Shown in pieces: positions 1 to 14,262 of a stretch of 64,000 bases of DNA (its first letter is position 1; the number at the start of each line of letters is the position of its first letter). The DNA comes from Saccostrea cucullata (taxonomy: Eukaryota), in contig NW_026920581.1 of the NCBI RefSeq assembly GCF_032062105.1, positions 1,426,001 through 1,490,000 on the forward strand. Direction: 5' to 3'. The notes beneath the pieces were generated by a model that worked only from the letters and a program-made list of their open reading frames with translations, ran no database searches and was not told the DNA's origin. Position numbers and translations under genes: made by a program.

Positions 1-264
1 ACACGTAGAGCTTGGAATCAAACGATTGCCGATATGTACCTTTATTTTCTCAAAAAATTCTTCTGAATAGTGAGTGCAATTCATTTTAAATAAATTTCTG
101 AGTAACATTATTAGCTGATATATTTTCAGCATCATAAACATTATTCATACAGAAGCAAATCATGGTAAGCAAAATTAAGGATATCCAATCAACGTCCAGG
201 AAGGAAAACTCTCAAATTTATAATTTAATTTTAAAAAACTCAACAAGCTCGAAATTTAATACTT

Positions 265-1638
265 TGAATTCACCAATTTTAATTTTATGCATAATTGTAT
301 GTATTCCATTTCCATGTGAGAAGGCCTATCTTTGTATACCAACAATTTGACCTTTTGATCTTGTCATTGGAATTTAAACAAATTATCAAGAATTTACACA
401 TTTTTAACCTCTACCATAACTTTTGAACAGTTGATGCTATGGTTTTCTTGCTTTACATGTATATTGACTGGTGATAAGACCTGTCCATGGATATGATTTT
501 TTTTTTCACCTTTTAAGGACAGACGAGACGTTCCTTAATAATAGATAAATTTTTCTAAAAGTTTGTCATTGAAATATTGCTACTTAAACATGTTTTCTCA
601 CAAAAAATTGAGGTACCTTACCAAAAACAGGGATAGTTTTTCTTATATAATCCTTTGGGCAAGAAAAATAATTTTCCAATTTCAAATGTTTAAGTGTTTG
701 GATTTTTTAAAAACGTTTAGAAACTGGTTTAGAAATCAGAATGTCATGAAAATTTTGAATATTTTTCAAACATTACGAAACAGATTTTTAGGAACGTCTC
801 GTCTGACCTTAATCTTGACCTTTGAATTATACCCACTTAAAAAACGTTAGCCTTTGACATAACTTTCGAACAATTGGTACTAGGGTCTTCATATAGTCCA
901 GTCCAGACTTTGCAATAGTTATATCCCTTTGCGGGGCCTAACAAAAGGTCAAAAGGGAAAGAAATGACATTTCTCCTCTTTATGCTACTAAACATTTGGG
1001 TGTGCTCTAATAAAACCACTGTGTTTAATTTTTTTTCTTTCGATATATATGTGTAGCCCCATCTTGGGGCAATCATTATACAATATGCACATAATTTTCC
1101 CAGTCAGATGACAAAGTTACAAACCAGAAAACTATAAAGGCTACTGTGATGATTCAATTGGTTTTTCCCCAAAGATTGGGGCCAAGGGACATAACTTTTA
1201 AAAAGTGTGGATTCAACTATTTCACAGGCGTCTTTTTTGTGACAAGGCCTACTTTGGATACCAACAATTTTGACCATTGATCTAGGAGTTTGACCTACTT
1301 TTGAAAAACGTTCTTTTTGGCTAAAACGTTTGAACAGTTGGTGCTAGGGCTTTAATATTTCACATGTGTATTTCTCTTGAATGTATACCTTTAATTGGAC
1401 CCTTTGACCTTGGAGTTTGACCCCCAATAAAAACATTTACCTTGGCTATAACTTTTCAATGGTTCAAGATTGGGTTTTCGTATTTCACACAGGTATATTC
1501 ATTGAGAGCAAGTCAATTTTTAGTAACAACATTTTTCATCCCATGTAAATATGAGATTGACTATCATTTGAGAAACTTCAACCTTCGCCATAAGCCAACA
1601 TACGGGGGCATCAGTGTTTCACAAATACATCTTGTTTT
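265..1638 (-). mobile_element. Degenerate Helentron/HINE-type non-autonomous repeat
   Basis: Minus strand begins AAACAAGATGTATTTGTGAAACACTGATGCCCCC (~1638). Recurring internal TTTGACCTT/GGAGTTTGACC subrepeats. Left boundary approximate. Confidence 0.5.
517..808. mobile_element. Kolobok-like MITE (TTAA TSD) nested in the HINE repeat
   Basis: TTAA|GGACAGACGAGACGTTCCT ... AGGAACGTCTCGTCTGACC|TTAA. Same family as 46701-47018. Confidence 0.85.
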
Positions 1639-2069
1639 AAAAAATTAAGTATACATATAAAGTTAACGTTATTTTGAGTACATCATGTAAATTTGAAAGC
1701 TACATGTACAATGAACAAATTACTCACACATAAGTATTGTTCAGATAGTTTCAATCCATTTAGTTTTACAATTGAATTAAAAAAAACAATATAATTGTAA
1801 TTTATTAATTTTCAAATAAATATTTATTGGGTGATTTGTCTATTTTGAATAGTTCTGAAGGTGAGTTTTTTTTTATTTTTGACTGTAAACAATTACTCTG
1901 AAGTTGATATAAAATAAAATGCTTGATTGTCTGATTGACAATATCTATGTGTTTTGGAGACCAGGTCTTCAAATAATTTGTTGGAATTCCCATTAATACC
2001 AATTATGCCCCATTATAAGCAGAACATTTGTAATCAAATGAAGCAGAATTTACTCAAAATTCTTGTACA

Positions 2070-2560
2070 TGAGTAGAAGAAAACACTTGTGGTGGCCTTC
2101 AACTCGGTATTTAGATATAACGACGTATATTCAATTAACAATAGATATTGCCATTCATATGTCAACACGATATGTCCCAGTGAGCTTAAAATAAAAGATA
2201 CCACCAAGTCTGATCTGGCACACCTGTTTCATATTTAGATATTTTACAAGAAAACGATTTTAATGGTAACCTAACAACAAAGATTTATGATAAACGCAAT
2301 GCCTAACTTTTCACTCGTCAATTTCCCTTACGCACGCAACAATATATCCTTATCACCTAAATATGAGGTTTATATGTCTCAGTTGATTCGATACACAAGA
2401 CCATGTTCTACGTATGAACAATATCTTAAATAGGGTAATTTATTGACAAACAAGTTGATGAAAGAAGGATATCAACAGACTCGTTCTAAGTCATCAGTTT
2501 GTAAATTCCATGATCGGTACAATGACCTTGTCAGCACAAACAATCATTTTTCATACTAAT
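2070..2560 (+). pseudogene. Decayed Penelope-like retroelement reverse-transcriptase fragment
   Basis: Frameshifted remnants read PSELKIKDTT...SYLDI...TKIYDKR...VNFPY...VYMSQLIRYTRPCSTY...LLTNKLMKEGYQQTR, typical of the PLE RT C-terminal region. Confidence 0.65.
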
Positions 2561-4585
2561 TGTTACACCGAAATGTCATCGGTTTTTCCCATCTTGTCCC
2601 GATCATAAAAAGAAGCACACAGCAGGTGGGAATGCTCACTCCTCCACCTGACACCTGATCCCACGTTTGATGTTTTAGAGATCCCTGTTTGCTCCAACTG
2701 ATTTGTATAGTTTGAATGCACTTTTGAGCTTGAACCCTGTTCGTCAATTAAAACATACAGAAATGAAAATCTTAGAATTCGATAAGACTGTTATTAATTT
2801 CAAGATTCATATGAAGAAATTCCATTTGGGGGATGATGGATGTAAACTTCGGAAAACCGTAATGACTAATTGTGCTGGATTGTCAAATTAGCAAGAATAT
2901 TTAAAACAGTTGCCAAAATGGCTAAACAAAAGCCGTTGCATTGAATAGTCTATGACAACTACAATCTATAGTATCGGGAAGCGCGTTGTCGAGACCTTTA
3001 TCTAACTGTGAATGGTTTAATTCACTATGTTCCCGTAATAAACATCATATATAAAAATCAGTGCTTTCTATACATGACGGTCAACAGTAAATTATTTCCA
3101 AGCAGGTTATTGTATGGCTAAGTGAACAGAATCAATGGCCACACAAGTCTCTCGATATCTAATGGAATAAAATTGGGAAAATCTACTCCAGAATTCTTTG
3201 AGCCGTGGTATAAGTGCCAAACTGTTAATTTGCTGTCAAATACTGTATTTTATTCCTCGTTTAACAAAGCCCTTACAGTGTATCGAAATGAAAGCGCTCA
3301 TGTTGAATAATAAGCGGAGTCAAAAGTTGATTTACCAGCAAATTATTATGGATTCTTCACTGAGCTTTGGATTAATTTCGATCTGCACTCTATGTAGTGA
3401 TTAATGTTAATAATTACTCATATAATGTAGTGAAGTAAATATATACATCTATGTGAATAATAATATTTAAATGGTTACCTCCACTAAACTTTAAGGACAT
3501 ATGTAACGTACCTTATCTTAATTTAAGATTAAAGTGCCATCAGATGTTCGTAGAAAAAAATCAGCATGCATTACCAGGGGTTTTGATTAGATATTTTTAG
3601 ATGAAAATTTTTGTATAATTCAAAATTACTAAACATATATTTTTTAAATTTTTTTTTGTACAAACTTGTTGTAGAAGAAGTTTACAACAACATATATAGA
3701 CATTAAAATGTAGCACATACTTTCTTCAAGTATTGGAACTTTTCAACAGGAAGAAAGACTATAAAATTCAGACTACGTTGCACATTTACTAGCTCTTCTA
3801 ATTCCTAATTATGATATCTACCGCACCAACCAAGTTCATGTGTTTAAAAATTTCTCTTTTATAACTATTTTCCAATAATTTTATTATTAAAAGATTGGCG
3901 AAAGATCGACGCTTGATTTTATACGTTTTAATGATCTTTTTTTTTTATTAACCCAAATAACAATGAATGTTTCACAAATACTCCAAGAGATAATGCTTTA
4001 TACTTGTAGAAACATTAGGAATGTATCTAAGAACCCATGTAACATTCCCGCTGGAATTTGTTTGAACTGGAAAGATTTAAGCTAAATTAATGCCAAGGGA
4101 ACAATATTTTTTATATAAGCGATGTAAAATGAGGTGAACTGCAAAGAAAAAGTATAACTTCCTTGACGAATTTGTGGCAATTAGTAAAAAACATTTGTTT
4201 CTTTGTTATTTGAAATTCATTCCTGTGACCTCACATTGGGAAAATACTTTTATTGTTTCTGTTATTGGTGAGAGGATTTATAACGTTTAGTATTAGAAAC
4301 ATACGATATTCCAAAGCACCTACATTTAAAAAGATTTAAATTCTTCGAATGAAGTGATTAGTCCTTATAAAGAGAGGTTAATTCAGAAACTGCAAAAATA
4401 TGCTGTTTTTAGCCGAAAAAGTCGTTAAAAAACCTGTTCAAATCATCCCCGCCAGTGCTAGGATGGGGCCACAGAAGCATTTTTTCATATAAACATGCAT
4501 ACATACAGAAACTGTTAAGAACACCAATGCTACTAGTGGTAATCTGAATGTGCGAGCACATTAATTAACTGCAGATTCATCTTAA

Positions 4586-5501
4586 GGTAGGATTCTTCTC
4601 TGGTTTCTGACTAGATGAAACATTCAAAGTATATTTACCTATGTGTCTTATATATTGAGGTGTAAGGAATTTCAAAGACCATATTTTTCTTTCCTAATCA
4701 CAACTGTACAACTTTAAATAGAAATGGTAAACTGCGTTTGAAAACTAGCAGGGACTATATTTTTGGCGGAATGGTGGCGTATGAAAATATCTTCTTTTCT
4801 GCCTCTCAAAATTATAATGGAACAATGAATTTAGTTATAATTTTTACACAATCGAAGACTTGGAGGAATTTTCAAATGTAATTTAAATTAATAATGAGGG
4901 ACTAAACTTTCAAAATATATCAAATAAATATGATTTTCCAAACAAACTAGAACTTTGTTAGCTTTTAAACGCTTCCTATCAAAGTGCAGATTTGAGCCAA
5001 AAATCCATAAAAAGTATTTTTTCTCTCTTAGTAAACGATCAAAACTTTTAGTTTTTGTATCATTTTGTACATTTATAAGACTACTCTATTATATGTGAAA
5101 ATAAAAAAAAGTTAAATATAGGAAGCATATGAAAATAACTAATATATCCTAAAAAATTAAGAAAAACAGAGAAAATTCGAATTAGCCAATATCCAGGTAA
5201 GTTAAATTATTTATGTAAATTTGGTAATATCATGCTATAGACCCGATATATTACTATGTTTTTATGCAAAAAGAACAAATTTGAAACTTTTGAAATAGAA
5301 TTAGGTATCACATGATTGGAAACAGTATTTTTTTAATTCTTAATGTCAAGGAAAAAGATAATGACCTTGACCTGACCTTGCCTCTAATATAAAACGGTCA
5401 AATTTAATTTCACTAATACTATCACTTACTAATATTGTCTTCTTGATTCTGTGAAAATTTCATTAATTTTTAAATATTAGAAATATGAGAAGAATCCTAC
5501 C
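4586..5501. mobile_element. Kolobok-like non-autonomous DNA transposon (916 bp)
   Basis: TTAA|GGTAGGATTCTTCTC ... GAGAAGAATCCTACC|TTAA: perfect 15-bp TIR and TTAA TSD. Confidence 0.88.
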
Positions 5502-6061
5502 TTAACAAAGCTAGATTCTTAGAACGAAGGCGATACCCTGTAAGATATGCATGTAAATTCTTGTATAAAATTTCAATGCTTATGCTCCAGTTATTCAAAT
5601 AATTGCCTATACAGTACTTTCAAAAATATATTCTAGCTGCTTTAAATCATCTCCCTTGACTAAACTTAGACATTTTGTAGAACAACAAAACTAAAATTGG
5701 TTGATTAAGTACATTTATGGAATTAATGTAAATGTATCTTTCAATTAAGTTTGAATTTTCTTAAAAATCACCTGCTGAATTAGATAGATAAACGTTCATT
5801 TTCATCTTTTTTTAGCAAGCATCTCCCTCAAATTTCATACACATTGATCGTCTAATGGAATATTAAGGATGCGATTCAAGGTCATTAGTCATTTATGATG
5901 ACCAGGGATATTATAAGGAGACACATGTTTGATCCTATTTTGATTTGAATCTACAATTAATGCTGTTTTAATTCTTTTTCAGGTTCTGACGTTTGTCATG
6001 GATCATACAGATATATAACAACTAGTATATAAAAACTAGAAAGATATAAAGGAGCCCCGCC

Positions 6062-7555
6062 ATGCCAGACCTACAGATCAGTCGACAGACTGTATCTAAA
6101 TACATCTCACAAGTATTCTCAGTAGCCTCGCTTGGTTGTTTTTACGACTGTGAGGTGGATCTAGTGTTTCTGCTGTACAGTGTAGCTGATTCATTGCTGG
6201 ACGCCATCCTCAGACCAAATGTACCCCAGATGGTTTGTTTTACCATGTATCCAGAGCAAACACAACAATGTCGACATATGGAGATGCATGCAGCAATACA
6301 AAGTCATGTTCAAAGAGAATCCACGACATACCTCATCCTACACAAACTTCTGACAAACACGCCAGCATTGGTGTTAGGAATGTTTTGTGGCGCCTGGAGT
6401 GATAAATATGGTCGAAAACTTCCCATGGCTTTGCCGTGTTTTGGAACAACCTTTGCTGTGTTATTTTACATGGCTGCAAATATGGCCTATAAAGGAGCAA
6501 CAAATCTTTTCCTTTGTGGATCTTTTGTTCACGGCTGTTTTGGTAAGACCGCCATGATCAATATGGCAGTAAACAGTTATATTGTCGATGTTACAACAGT
6601 TGAAAAACGAACTAAAAAGCTGGGAATCTTGGCAGCTATGCAGTTCTTAGGGATGTTTGTTGGGTCTTTGCTAGGAGGGTTGTTGATCGATTTGACATCT
6701 GTTCTGACGTCATATTGCATCGTATCTGCAATAAGTGCTGTTGTTGTCACCATGACTTTGCTTTGCCTCCGAGAAACAATTAAAGCTGATGACGACGAAA
6801 ATTTATCTCCATGCAAGTCTTTCTTTCAAGGCAGCAATGTACAAGATTCATTCAAAGTTCTCACAAAGAACAGAAGCAGAAATATACGAACTTGTATATT
6901 TAGTCTTTTTCTCATCGTTATACTTCATCAAACATGTAGAACAGGCTTAACTGACGTCACTCTGCTTTATACGGAAAAGTCTCCACTTAGCTGGCCAACC
7001 TCGTGGTTCGGTTATCTTTCAGCAGCTGAAAATGCTGCAATGGGCATAATTTTGTTGGTACTGCTTCCAGTTTTCTCTAGTGTTGCAAAACTGAACGATG
7101 CAACAATTAGTATGATTGGATTATCTTGCGCATGTGTACGATTTGTGATTATGACTTGGAGCAAAAAGACTTGGATGGTATGGTTATCGATGGTCATTGG
7201 AAGTATCGGGGGCGTCATTAACTCGCCAGTTCGCTCTCTTTTGAGCAAAATGGTCCACGAAGATGAGGTTGGGAAAATGTTTTCCTTACTTGGAAGCGGG
7301 GAGACAGTTGCTAAATTCTGTGCTGTATTTTTTACTTATCTATATGGTCACAGTCTAGATATTTTTCCTGGGTTGCCTTTTATATTAGCAGCCGTTTTAT
7401 ACATTTTTATGATAATCATAATGTTTATAGTGCATATCAATTCAAGAAAATCGACTGATGACACTCCTGATTTACCCCAGGAACAATCAAATTTAGAGTT
7501 GAATCGCATCAACTATACGGCGGCTGAGAATACCCCGTGTAAGAATCGGGGCTGA
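6062..7555 (+). CDS. SLC46-family (proton-coupled folate transporter-like) MFS transporter, 497 aa, single coding exon
   Basis: Long ORF with ~12 hydrophobic segments, MFS motif GAWSDKYGRK, SYIVDVT and RSLLSKMVHEDEVGKMFS as in SLC46 proteins. Splice acceptor TTCTTTTTCAG ending at 5982 suggests a 5'UTR intron. Confidence 0.88.
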   Translation: MPDLQISRQTVSKYISQVFSVASLGCFYDCEVDLVFLLYSVADSLLDAILRPNVPQMVCFTMYPEQTQQCRHMEMHAAIQSHVQRESTTYLILHKLLTNTPALVLGMFCGAWSDKYGRKLPMALPCFGTTFAVLFYMAANMAYKGATNLFLCGSFVHGCFGKTAMINMAVNSYIVDVTTVEKRTKKLGILAAMQFLGMFVGSLLGGLLIDLTSVLTSYCIVSAISAVVVTMTLLCLRETIKADDDENLSPCKSFFQGSNVQDSFKVLTKNRSRNIRTCIFSLFLIVILHQTCRTGLTDVTLLYTEKSPLSWPTSWFGYLSAAENAAMGIILLVLLPVFSSVAKLNDATISMIGLSCACVRFVIMTWSKKTWMVWLSMVIGSIGGVINSPVRSLLSKMVHEDEVGKMFSLLGSGETVAKFCAVFFTYLYGHSLDIFPGLPFILAAVLYIFMIIIMFIVHINSRKSTDDTPDLPQEQSNLELNRINYTAAENTPCKNRG

Positions 7556-8075
7556 AAAATCGTGTTCTTACTATTGTCTAGATATGTGTTAGAGATAAGA
7601 ATATTACATTTTTTTAAATTATCACTTTTTATAGAGATGTGTAAAGTAGATATCTTTTCAACAAAATATTTACGCCATCTTGCCATACGTTCACAGTGCT
7701 AAATCCGATTGCAAGTTCTGCAAATTTAGAATATACGTGTATTTTTTTCTAATTTAGCTCAACTGAGCCTGAGACTTACAGGAGATTAATTCAAAATGGT
7801 TGTCTGTTGTCCGTGTGTCTCTAAAGTAAATAAATTAAGACTGCAATTAATTGACTCCAGCTCCTGTGAAGCCTTGTTTTCGACATTTTATCAGCTAAAG
7901 GAATATGTTGATAAAGACAGTGCTTAGAATCGAATATCCCATCTCGATTGCAAAAATACTGGTACTTGACTTACACAAACTTTGTTCATTGGTAATGGAC
8001 TGTAGAGCTAAACATCAAATGAAAAAAAATATATACATATCTCATTTTTCTATATCCAGTTTGATACAAGCTTGG

Positions 8076-8180
8076 AATTGAAAAAGCTTAACATTTTTTC
8101 TTGAAAAGAAAAAAAGAAACATTGCGAATTGAAAAAGTTTAACATTTTTTCTTGAAAAGAAAAAAAAGAAACATTGCGAA
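8076..8180. repeat. Tandem duplication of ~52 bp
   Basis: GAATTGAAAAAG(C/T)TTAACATTTTTTCTTGAAAAG...GAAACATTGC occurs twice in tandem. Confidence 0.8.
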
Positions 8181-10551
8181 ATGGTCGCCTACTACATGAC
8201 GGTATTCATATGAATATGCGTGACTGTAGTCAACAAAATTTTTAAACATAAAAAGGTTGAATCTGTATGTTTCTTTTTAATTGATACTTCACATCTCGTA
8301 TGTATACAATTAACGTGAAAGGGCAATTGAAAGTTTTATAGACAAAGGCACGTTGCTGTATAGTGAAACACCGAATTGTTAAAAAAAAGTTAATCGATCA
8401 ATCAATTAAAACATTGAAGAATTTATATTTTGTTTAATAGGCAAAGCAATTAAGAAGAATTTCAAAGATTTTAAATTAAACTAAAAAATATTACCCCCAC
8501 TTCGAATATAAATCCCTACATTTATTATTGAAAAGATCAAACGTTGACAAACGGCAATTATGTTTAGGATAAATTGCCGATTCTCTTAGAATTACGGCTT
8601 CTTCTTAACAAAATAATTTGAATTTTTGATAAAATATTTATGCTCAGAATAAAAATAATTGGGAAGACTACCCACTTCCGAGGTAAAATTTCTTTTAAAT
8701 TACTCAATTGAAAAAACTTTTTTACTACTCAATTATAAAAAGATGTAGTTCTACAATTTGAATTTAGTTTGACGGGATAAAAATTCACAAACATAATCTA
8801 AAATAAAAATAGGTTACCATGAATGAGAGTAATTTTAAAGTTTGGATTCGAACTGGAGAACAAAGATTTTGAGGAAATCGAACTTGAAATATTGTGTAAA
8901 ACTATTTGTTATCGATTCTCAAAAACGTTTTTTGAAAAATATGGTGTTTATACAATTGATGTTTTTATTTTATTTTTTACAATAATGAATCTAGAAATAA
9001 TTAATAACTTATTAATCACTAAATGATTAGAATTTCTTTGTAAAAAAAAATTCAATTAAAAGATTAGGAAATTCTTACAACTGTGTTGTTAATACTAATA
9101 CTGTAGAATTGCAATTAGATTGATGATAATTCTAGTGGTGGTAATAAGATTACATGATTAGTGATTGCACGAAAAGCATTTGTACAGTAGAACACGCAAA
9201 TAAAAAAGTCTATTGTGAATTTACATTTACTGCGGAAAGCCATATTTTTCCTTTGAGAGAAAAGATCGAAAATTCAGTATATAACGACTCATTTTCAATT
9301 TGCCCCAGATGGTTGGTTATAACAATGTGTTATTTTCACTGTATTTTATACATATAGTGAACTTATGCTGTAGGAATCCTAATATAATTATGAGATAAAG
9401 ATTATATTTTAATATATAGCAAAACACTCCAATATTGAAGACTACATTGTATTTGTAAGAGGCTATTTTTTTTTTCTAGCAGTGTCTAGTATATGTTAGC
9501 ACATCAAGTATTTTTTGGTTAACAATGTTCACATGTTATACATGTGGTTGATTTTTTTAAAATAAAGTTTTCATTATCATTTAAAAAAAAAGAAGTTTTT
9601 AATGAAAATTTCAAATTGAAATATAGTTTGCTTTTCATGACCATGAGAAAGTTTTTCACTGTGTATATTGAACTGGCTGCTAGGAAAGATGTCAGATTAA
9701 AATATTTTATATCAATACTTAGTTAAATTTACTGGTATACAAAAGTACGGATATTACAGATTTCTTCTTATATATATTTGTGTTATGCTGGTTTGTCTCA
9801 CCATTTTTATTATCTTTACATTTAAAATGATCTCAAAAGTTCGATTTTGTTTTGCTTTGTGTTAGATGTTTTTCAATTACACATGTATTTCATAAAAAAG
9901 AAAGAAAAAATAAATGCGTTTGTTTGAACTCATAAGGCTAAATTTCCTGTCTTTGTATAGTACTTTTATATCTACTGTCAGGAGCTCCCATAAGTTCTGA
10001 TACATTTATACTGATTACCTTTGTATAAATGAAAGAAAAGCAAAAACAAAGTGCGGATGGTCCTTTGCTTACTATAGAACTCTGTTTTTCAAATGGAGCT
10101 ACATGTACATTAAAGATATTTAAAACAATGATGCAGTTTTAGTAATGAATGGTCATTTTGCCTCAAGAGATCATTTAGGAAGATAAATTTTAAGGTAGGC
10201 TACTGGCAGATAAGTTGATACAACAAGGATTTTAACAACCACGTTTAAAAGTCAGCGTTTGTTTATTAGAAGTATGTGAGAGGATTTGCTACTAGTATTC
10301 TTTACTGCCAATTTGCTATAAAACGTATTGTTAATTGGACTTTGTTCAAATGTTATTTCTATAAGTATTCATTTTGCACTATTCTTATGTATCAACAGTC
10401 AGATTCAAGAGTAAATGACGCCAAAGACTGACTTATCGTTCATTCACATTTGAAATGTTGAAAAGGTATTTACCTTATTTAACTCCAGACTTGACATCCA
10501 AAATATTTATAAAAAAAGAAAATAATTAATTTTAAAAGATACAACCTTGTT

Positions 10552-10735
10552 AAAGAGATATCTCACTAACTTTAAGATAAATCTCTAAAGAAATATCTCT
10601 CTACGTAAAAAAACAAAACATTTCTCTTGTTTAAAGAGGTATCTCTGTAAATTATAAAGATATCTCTCTTGGTCAAATAGATATCTGTATAAGCTTAAGA
10701 GATATCTCTCTATGCTAAAAAGAGATCCCTCTTTT
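10552..10735. repeat. Degenerate minisatellite built on the AGATATCT palindrome (~21-bp period)
   Basis: Repeated AGAGATATCTC-like motifs. Confidence 0.55.
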
Positions 10736-11469
10736 AGAAAGAAATTGAAAGTTTTTATATTACGAATAAATTGTAGAAGGGTTTGCCATACTAGAGGCAT
10801 ACATTGATATCGAAAGCACACATTCAGGGTAATTTTGAGTACCAGGACGCAACTGTTGACAACAAATTGGAGATCAATGGAACAGTTCATAGTTACTTCT
10901 TATTCAAAGTAATGGGTTTCCTGCATGGGAATCAAAGGGTTTGTGTGGTAAATGTGGACTTCCAGGTCAGACAAAGTGTCTGGCTTATTCTGTAAGGTCG
11001 TCATCTGCAAGATATTTTAATGGTTTGTTTATTAGATACATCATTTATAAAAACGATTAATCATAAATGTAGCACCATTATAAAATGTTTGCCTTGAAGA
11101 TCCAGTGTGATCGTTCAAGATCACAGGTGTAGGGAACTTCAACGTTACAAGGTTTTGCTTGTAATTTTTATGTAACTTCAATCCAGTAATTTCAAAATTT
11201 AGAATGCTACACTTTCTTCTTTCATAGATTTAACAGACCCAGGAAAACTTTATAACTGGCCCAAATATTCACGACATTAACATTTGTTGTTCTAGAAGAC
11301 ATGAATAACAAAGAGCTTTAACTCTTCCTTGGCTTGTTTAACGCCTTTTACAGTATTTTTCACTCATATGGAGACGTTAGCCGGTGGAGGTTTTTCATTC
11401 ATTAACATTTTGATCATCAAAAAAATGACATGTTCTAGAAAACATGAATAATGAAGAGCTTTGACTCTT

Positions 11470-11735
11470 CCTTGGCTTGTTTAACGTCTTTTACAGTATT
11501 TTTCTCTCATATGGAGGTTTGTAAAATTGGACCTGTACTCGGCACTTATGGCCTATGAGCAGTTACCGTCACTTTTCGTGCTAAAACCTACACGGGAGTC
11601 TCGGTTTTATATGGTCTCATCCGAAGGACTGCGGTCTTCATGTTCCTCAGTGGAAGTCGAAGCCTTGACGTAAGGATCAACACCTAACTCTACTGCTCTT
11701 AGAGCAAACGCTCTAACCATTGCATCACGCAGGCT
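11470..11735 (-). mobile_element. tRNA-derived SINE
   Basis: Minus strand starts with tRNA-like GCGTGATGCAATGGTTAGAGCG. Body GAGACCATATAAAACCGAG...GGCCATAAGTGCCGAG is shared with the copies at 24357 and 63105. Confidence 0.65.
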
Positions 11736-13710
11736 TCGTGTACAATTTTCGTCAAAATATCTGTATTTATTGGAAATTCATTAAATCCTGTTGACAGTTT
11801 ATTTTTTGTGGTAATTAATTGTTTAAAACTGTCAGTTAGATATGAATAGGTAATTACCACATGCTTCTACTCTAAAAACTATGGTTTATTTACTTTGAAG
11901 TTTAACGATAACTTGTTCATTGCATATTTTGTAAGACCTGGGATAGATCATGCAGGGTGAACATTTGCATTCGAAACATTTATTTTAAATACATTTTTTC
12001 TCTCTTTTGCAGAATAAATCCCATAGAGAGCTTTGGTGAACAAAACTTAGAGAAAATTGCCATCGCAAATATTTTCTTACAATTGCATATCTAGTGTCAA
12101 GTTAAAAGTTTGAATTTAGATATTGAATTTCGAGCATAACAACGGCAATGTAAGCATTCACGTTGTTACCAAATTAAATCAAAGTTTGGTTAATCAAAAT
12201 GAAATCATGGGTGTTTGACATGTTATTTTTGTATCAATTCGATCAATTCTTTTGGTTCTGTTTGTCTTCTTAGCTTTTACGTAAAGCTAAAGTTTATTTT
12301 CAGCTGAGATGACATTTCATTTTTACTACACTTATAAGCATACATGTATGATTTCCCCTGACATTCTTTGTTTGATAAAACATGGGATGATACAGCTCAG
12401 ATTTAAAGAATTTTGAGAAATGTCACGGATTAGGAGAACCGAGACCGACTCTTTATACTAGTGTATGCCACACTATGTTGTTAATTAACCAATGGGCAAT
12501 CAGGGGAATGAAATAAAAGCAATACCATTTACTGCTTGTCTGTTACTGTGCAGCCAATTATATGGCAATGATACAGTTGTTTTCCCCGAGTTCATCAGGA
12601 AATATATGTCCCAATAAAATTGTCTGATTAGCACTAACACATCAACCTTCTGAAGAGATTTGATAGCCGACACAAAAAGTTATCTGAACAAAGGCTTCAG
12701 AGATTTTGAAATATATGCGTTTGAATTGTAATGATTGTTGGAGCATTCCATAACACATATATTGATAACCAAAGCCCCCAGTGTCAAGTGTTCTAAGATA
12801 TGAATTTAAATGGTCATAAGGTCTCCAGGAAGAAAACAGATAAGAATTATTGATGTGCAACACGAAGATCAGTGTCGCGTTTAATGGAAATGGTTGGTTT
12901 TATAAACAAATATCTGATTTCTAGAAGCAATTAAGATATCCTTGGTATTCTATTTTATTACAGTTACACCTACAACTTGATATAAATATTGTCTTGACCT
13001 TGGAGAATCGTAGCTATACACTTTGCATAAAACAGAAAGCGCCAATCGAAACGCCATACTTTATATAAAAGGATCTTTTAACGAATGTTGGTTAAACAGT
13101 CAAAGAAATAAGTGTAGCATTTTTAGAACATTTTCCAGTCGCAGAGAAACATATATACTGGAAGAAGAAGCTAATGACAAGAACCTGACTTAAGGTTATT
13201 TTACAAGAACACTAGGGAAATGGTTTTGGCATAAGTAATAATGTTAGAAACGAAAATTTTATGTTAAATGAAAATGTCATACATCTGGAAGGACTTCTTC
13301 TGGGTCAGGGGTTTCTGATCCAATCCGTTCCACATTAATCTTTGACCTAACTGACTAACTTTAACAGTTTACGCAAGTTTAAAAAAAAGTCAAGTGTTCA
13401 AAAATAATAGAGCAACTTGATAGACACCAACAGATATGTTCAACATAGGATTAATAAGAGCATATCGAAACTTTACTTAATTCATGAACTTGTCTTAACG
13501 TATCTTACCAGTAGCCAGGTTAGGCCAATAGTCCGCAGGTGGGGCGGGGGGTCCCGTACTTTTTCTGAAACTATTTTTCAAAAGAAGTTTTACAATTTAA
13601 ATGGTAGATTTTAAAATTATTTTACTTTGTTAATTGTCATTTTGAAGTCCACAAATTTTTTGTGTACGGGCAAAATTGCAGCATTTTCTTTTCAAAAAAT
13701 AAAACAAACA

Positions 13711-14262
13711 AACAAGTGTCTCCTTATTGTAGCTTACGATAAAGGATAAGTTTCTCAAAACCAAGTCAAACTCCAATGTTAAGGTCAAAAGGTTAAAACT
13801 GTTGATATCAAGTGGAAGGAATTTTCACAATGAATATGCATGTGAAATAAGAAAGCTCTAGATTCAACTTTTAAAACGTTGTGGACAGTGTTGAATTTTT
13901 TTTACAAAGTAGGTGAAACTCTAAGGTCAAGGTCAAAGATATATATACCACTTGAAAGGATTTGTCACATTGAATACACGTGTGAAGTATGAAAGCTTAG
14001 CATCAACTGTTCAAAATTTATGGCCAAAGTTAAAGATTGGTATTTTTGTTGAAAAAGGTAAAACTCCAAGGTCAAGGGATCGAATATGGCAGTAACAAAG
14101 AAAAGTCTTGACAAGGAATACGCCTGTGAAATATGAAATTCATAGCCCCAACCAGTCAAAAGTTATGGGCAAGAATAATATTATTGTGGACAAACAGACA
14201 ACTAGACACAGCTAGATATATACACACTGTACGTAAAATCTTCGATTTCGGACGCATAAAAA
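13711..14262 (+). mobile_element. Helentron/HINE-type repeat
   Basis: Starts AACAAG, has AAGGTCAAGG subrepeats and a GACA-like tract, ends with a CTTCGATTTCGGACGCATAAAAA hairpin-like terminus. Confidence 0.55.

Noticed and set aside
12360-13200. Possible decayed coding or retroelement fragment
   Set aside because: Slightly coding-like composition, but no motif I could recognise.
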